Source: an uncultured Kineothrix sp.
Lineage (GTDB): Bacteria > Bacillota > Clostridia > Lachnospirales > Lachnospiraceae
Direction: 5' to 3'
DNA length: 64,000 nt
Assembly (NCBI GenBank): GCA_910587275.1
Contig: CAJUMD010000005.1
Coordinates: 2,868 to 66,867 of the forward strand
Positions 60,046 through 64,000 of the stretch are shown one piece after another. Each line of letters begins with the position of its first letter. Position 1 is the first letter of the stretch. Both the position numbers and the translations under genes were made by a program. The notes below the pieces were generated by a model. It was not told the DNA's origin. It searched no databases and saw nothing but the letters and a program-made list of their open reading frames with translations.

Positions 60046-61422
60046 ATGGGACTGGTTAAGGCGATTAGGGGAGCAGCAGGAACGGTACTGGCGGACCAGT
60101 GGAGGGAGTATTTTTACTGTGATGCACTGGGAAATGACGTTTTGGCGGTAAAGGGAAGAAAGCGCGTAAGCGGGAAGGGAAGCAACACGAAAGGTGTGGA
60201 CAATATCATCACCAACGGTTCTGTCGTGGCGGTGAATAAGGGACAGTGCATGATGATTGTGGACCAGGGCCGGGTGGTGGAATTCTGTGCGGAAGCAGGA
60301 GAATTTATCTATGACAGCTCGTCGGAACCGAGTCTGTTTTACGGGGATTTTGGGGAAAGCGTGGGCATGACGTTTGCCACGGTGGGCAGGCGTTTTACCT
60401 TTGGAGGGGATGCGGCGAAGGACCAGCGGATTTATTTCTTTAATACAAAGGAGATTATGGGGAATAAGTACGGGACGGCGAGTCCGGTGCCGTTCCGCGT
60501 GGTGGATGCCAACATCGGTTTGGACATGGACATTTCGCTGCGCTGCAATGGGGAATATTCTTATAAAATTACCGACCCGATGCTTTTTTATGCCAATGTG
60601 TGCGGCAACTTTACGGAGGATTATACGAGGGACAACATAGACAGCCAGTTGAAGACGGAGCTTTTAACGGCGCTGCAGCCTGCTTTTGCAAGGATTTCCG
60701 AAATGGGTGTCCGTTACAGTTCCATTCCGAAGCATACGGCGGAACTGGCGGATATACTGAATGAAGAACTGTCGGCGAAATGGTCACGGTTACGGGGAAT
60801 TTCCATTGTATCCTTTGGGGTGAATGCAGTGAAAGCGTCTGCGGAAGACGAGGAGATGATTAAGAACCTCCAGCGGACGGCGGTATACCGGAATACGGAC
60901 ATGGCGGCTGCCGCACTGGTGGATGCGCAGGCGGATGCCATGCGGTCGGCGGCTTCCAACCAGGGTGCGGGTCCCGTAATGGGGTTTGCGGCGATGAATA
61001 TGGCGAATATGGCGGGCGGAATGAATGCCAATGCCCTGTTCCAGATGGGACAGCAGGAAAATCGGGTGCAGGCAGCGGGACGGCAGGGGAATGCCGGACA
61101 GCCGGGAACGTTTTCCGGGACGGGGCGGATGCCGGACGGAGGCGGGGAGACACAGACAGGGTGGACATGTGGCTGCGGGGCAGCAGGCAATACCGGGAAA
61201 TTCTGTGTGGAATGCGGCGCACCGAAACCGGCGGCAGGGTGGACCTGTGCGTGCGGGGCGGTAAATAAGGGGAAGTTCTGCAGCGAATGCGGGAAAAAGA
61301 AACCGGAGGGAGAACCGCTGTACCGTTGTGATAAATGCGGCTGGGAACCGGAGGATTCGAAAAACCCTCCCAAGTTCTGCCCGGAGTGCGGGGACCCTTT
61401 TAACGAAGGGGATATCCGGTAA
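60046..61422 (+). CDS. SPFH (band-7, YdjI-like) protein with C-terminal zinc ribbons
   Basis: DQW.EYF, GS...V..GQ, KYGT..PVPF; three Cys-pair ribbons ending KFC.ECG. Confidence 0.87.
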   Translation: MGLVKAIRGAAGTVLADQWREYFYCDALGNDVLAVKGRKRVSGKGSNTKGVDNIITNGSVVAVNKGQCMMIVDQGRVVEFCAEAGEFIYDSSSEPSLFYGDFGESVGMTFATVGRRFTFGGDAAKDQRIYFFNTKEIMGNKYGTASPVPFRVVDANIGLDMDISLRCNGEYSYKITDPMLFYANVCGNFTEDYTRDNIDSQLKTELLTALQPAFARISEMGVRYSSIPKHTAELADILNEELSAKWSRLRGISIVSFGVNAVKASAEDEEMIKNLQRTAVYRNTDMAAAALVDAQADAMRSAASNQGAGPVMGFAAMNMANMAGGMNANALFQMGQQENRVQAAGRQGNAGQPGTFSGTGRMPDGGGETQTGWTCGCGAAGNTGKFCVECGAPKPAAGWTCACGAVNKGKFCSECGKKKPEGEPLYRCDKCGWEPEDSKNPPKFCPECGDPFNEGDIR

Positions 61423-61447
61423 AGGTGATGCGGAAGGAAAAGAACAG

Positions 61448-63814
61448 ATGAGCATATACGATACATTAAACGAACAGCAGAAACAGGGAGTTTTCACCAC
61501 GGACGGACCGGTCCTGCTGCTGGCGGGGGCGGGAAGCGGCAAGACAAGGGTGCTGACCCACCGGATTGCCTACCTGATTGAAGGGATGGGCGTACAGCCC
61601 TACCATATCATGGCGATTACCTTTACGAATAAGGCAGCAGGAGAGATGCGGGAGCGCGTGAATGCCATCATCGGGCATGGCGCGGAGCAGGTATGGGTGT
61701 CCACTTTCCACTCCACCTGCGTGCGGATACTAAGACGGTATATTGACCGGATTGGCTTTGACAATCATTTTACCATTTATGATACGGATGACCAGAAGAC
61801 GGTGATGAAGGATGTGTGCAAGCGTCTGCAGATTGACACGAAGACGCTAAAGGAACGGACGATTATGGGCGCCATTTCCTCGGCAAAGGACGAACTGGTT
61901 TCGCCGGAGGAATACCGCAGGCAGGCGGAAGGGGACTACCATAAGACGAAAATCGCACAGGCATATGCGGAATACCAGTCGGCGCTGCGCAAAAGCAATG
62001 CGCTGGATTTTGACGATTTAATCGTAAAGACGGTGGAGCTGTTTAAGCTCTGCCCCGAAGTGCTTGCCGGGTATCAGGACCGGTTCCGGTATATCATGGT
62101 GGACGAGTACCAGGATACGAATACGGCGCAGTTTGAGCTGATACGGCTTTTGGCATCGCAGTACAGGAACCTGTGCGTGGTCGGGGACGACGACCAGTCC
62201 ATTTACAAGTTCAGGGGGGCGAACATACGCAACATCCTGGACTTTGAACAGGTATACCCGGAGGCGGCGGTCATTAAGCTGGAGCAGAACTACCGTTCCA
62301 CGCAGCATGTGCTGGATGCCGCCAATGCGGTAATCCGCAACAACGCAGGCAGGAAGGACAAGGCGCTTTGGACGCAGAACGGCGAAGGAAGCATGGTGCA
62401 TTTCCGGCAGTTTGATACGGCATATGACGAAGCGGAATTTGTGGCGGACGACGTGATGCGCAAAGTCCGGGACGGCAGGACATCTTACGGGAACTGCGCG
62501 GTACTCTATCGTACCAACGCGCAGGCGCGTATGCTGGAAGAACGGTTTGTGGTAGAGGGTATTCCTTATGACGTGGTGGGCGGTACGAACTTTTATGCCC
62601 GCAGGGAAATCAAGGACATGCTTGCCTACCTGAAAACGGTTGATAACGGCAGTGACGACGTGGCGGTAAAGCGCATCATTAATGTGCCGAAACGGGGCAT
62701 TGGCGCCACCACCATTGCGCGGGTGCAGGAATACGCGGACGGGAGGGGCATCAGTTTCTACGATGCCCTGCGGGAAGCGGACCAAATCATGACCATCGGG
62801 AAAAGCGCGGTGAAACTGGAGCCTTTTGTCACCATGATCCAAACGTTCCGCAGCAAATTGGAATATTACGGACTGGAAGGGCTGATTAAGGACATTATTG
62901 AAACCACGGGGTATGTGGAGGAATTGGAGCAGTCGGAGGAAGATGATGCGGAAGACCGGATTGCCAACATCGATGAGCTGATCAGTAAAATCGTGGCTTA
63001 TGAGGGAAGCCATGAAGAAGGAAACCTGAGCGAATTTTTGGAAGAAGTGGCTTTGGTGGCGGATATCGACCGCATTGACGACAACGGTAACCGCGTGCTC
63101 CTCATGACGCTGCACAGCGCGAAAGGACTGGAATTTTCCCATGTTTACCTGGCAGGTATGGAGGACGGCGTATTTCCGGGTTATATGGCAATTACCTCGG
63201 ACAATATGGAAGACGTGGAAGAAGAACGACGCCTTGCCTATGTGGGGATTACGCGGGCAAAGGAAGATCTGACGCTTACCTGTGCCAGACAGCGGATGCT
63301 GCGGGGGGAAACCCAGTACAATCCCGTGAGCCGCTTCGTAAAGGAAATCCCCGGAGAACTGTTAGACCGGAAAGTCCCTTCCGTAAAGCGGTGGGACGAG
63401 ACGGAATACGGGGAGGATTCCCGCGAAAGGAGTCTGTTTAAGGCGAAGCCCTTTGGCGGCGGGGAAGGAAACACTGCGGCTTACCAGCCGGTATTCGGGA
63501 ATACGCCGGCCGTTTCCGCCAAACCCAAACCGAAGGCCGTGGCAGTGCCAAAGCGGACGCCTGTGGAGAACCGTCCGTTTATCAGCGGGGGCGGTGTGGG
63601 AGCCTTAAAAGGGATAAACGGGCTGACCAAAGGCGTACAGGGGGCAGGGGAGCCGGATTATGCCGTCGGCGACCGGGTAAAGCATGTAAAATACGGGGAA
63701 GGCACGGTAACGGGACTGGAAAAAGGACCGCGGGATTATCAGGTAACGGTGGTTTTTGACGGTGCCGGACAGAAAATTATGTATGCTGCCTTTGCAAAAT
63801 TGAAAAAATTATAA
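61448..63814 (+). CDS. pcrA: ATP-dependent DNA helicase PcrA
   Basis: LAGAGSGKTRVL, TFTNKAA, VDEYQDTN, GDDDQSIY, LEQNYRS, HSAKGLEF, C-terminal Tudor-like domain. Confidence 0.96.
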   Translation: MSIYDTLNEQQKQGVFTTDGPVLLLAGAGSGKTRVLTHRIAYLIEGMGVQPYHIMAITFTNKAAGEMRERVNAIIGHGAEQVWVSTFHSTCVRILRRYIDRIGFDNHFTIYDTDDQKTVMKDVCKRLQIDTKTLKERTIMGAISSAKDELVSPEEYRRQAEGDYHKTKIAQAYAEYQSALRKSNALDFDDLIVKTVELFKLCPEVLAGYQDRFRYIMVDEYQDTNTAQFELIRLLASQYRNLCVVGDDDQSIYKFRGANIRNILDFEQVYPEAAVIKLEQNYRSTQHVLDAANAVIRNNAGRKDKALWTQNGEGSMVHFRQFDTAYDEAEFVADDVMRKVRDGRTSYGNCAVLYRTNAQARMLEERFVVEGIPYDVVGGTNFYARREIKDMLAYLKTVDNGSDDVAVKRIINVPKRGIGATTIARVQEYADGRGISFYDALREADQIMTIGKSAVKLEPFVTMIQTFRSKLEYYGLEGLIKDIIETTGYVEELEQSEEDDAEDRIANIDELISKIVAYEGSHEEGNLSEFLEEVALVADIDRIDDNGNRVLLMTLHSAKGLEFSHVYLAGMEDGVFPGYMAITSDNMEDVEEERRLAYVGITRAKEDLTLTCARQRMLRGETQYNPVSRFVKEIPGELLDRKVPSVKRWDETEYGEDSRERSLFKAKPFGGGEGNTAAYQPVFGNTPAVSAKPKPKAVAVPKRTPVENRPFISGGGVGALKGINGLTKGVQGAGEPDYAVGDRVKHVKYGEGTVTGLEKGPRDYQVTVVFDGAGQKIMYAAFAKLKKL

Positions 63815-63986
63815 TTTTATCAAAAATTTATAGTAAATTTTTGGAATTAGTGTTATATTATATTTAATATACGGTCGGAAGCACGGAACCGGTTACTGGT
63901 CTGTCTGCAGCGTGGGCAGTAACAGGTATGAAAGCGCCGGCAACGGGTAACAATAAACCGAATAAAGATGGAGAGAGGTATGGATT

Positions 63987-64000
63987 ATGAATAAGCTGAA
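63987..64000 (+). CDS. Possible start of the next gene (truncated by the window)
   Basis: GAGAGG RBS followed by ATG AAT AAG CTG. Confidence 0.3.

Noticed and set aside
63870..63960. Riboswitch in the leader at the window end
   Set aside because: A GTTACTG/CAGTAAC stem is present, but I recognise no aptamer and the downstream gene is out of view.

Overview
Core chromosomal segment of a spore-forming anaerobic Firmicute, most likely Lachnospiraceae (inferred from gene order and protein style). Left arm: the conserved sporulation superlocus, running grcA, spoIIIAA-AH, prfC, a transglutaminase-like lipoprotein, asp23-nusB-xseAB-ispA-dxs-tlyA-nadK-argR-recN, spoIVB and the spo0A position. Middle: glgA, a flippase, a double Nudix, an alpha/beta SASP, GH25 and SleB-type wall hydrolases, purC-purF-purB plus a second atypical purF, a maltodextrin-type ABC/malQ/LacI locus, and an MCP. 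Right arm: thrC, aminopeptidase P, PEPCK, a pseudouridine synthase, ligA, metA, an XRE/S24-like regulator, an ECF sigma module, an SPFH zinc-ribbon protein and pcrA. I found no rRNA, tRNA, CRISPR array, transposase or integrase. The main finding is that the gene at the canonical spo0A position keeps an intact DNA-binding domain but only a degenerate ~39-aa vestige of the receiver domain, with no phosphoacceptor Asp, while downstream sporulation genes are intact. This suggests phosphorylation-independent control of sporulation initiation, unless a full-length paralogue exists elsewhere. Also notable: a strongly structured SASP mRNA leader, an apparently nuclease-dead AP2-HNH-AP2 protein, a glutaminase-dead PurF paralogue, a four-fold repeated candidate ECF -35 element, and a protease-dead LexA/CI-like regulator. 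All calls come from reading the sequence and recalled family motifs; no searches were run.
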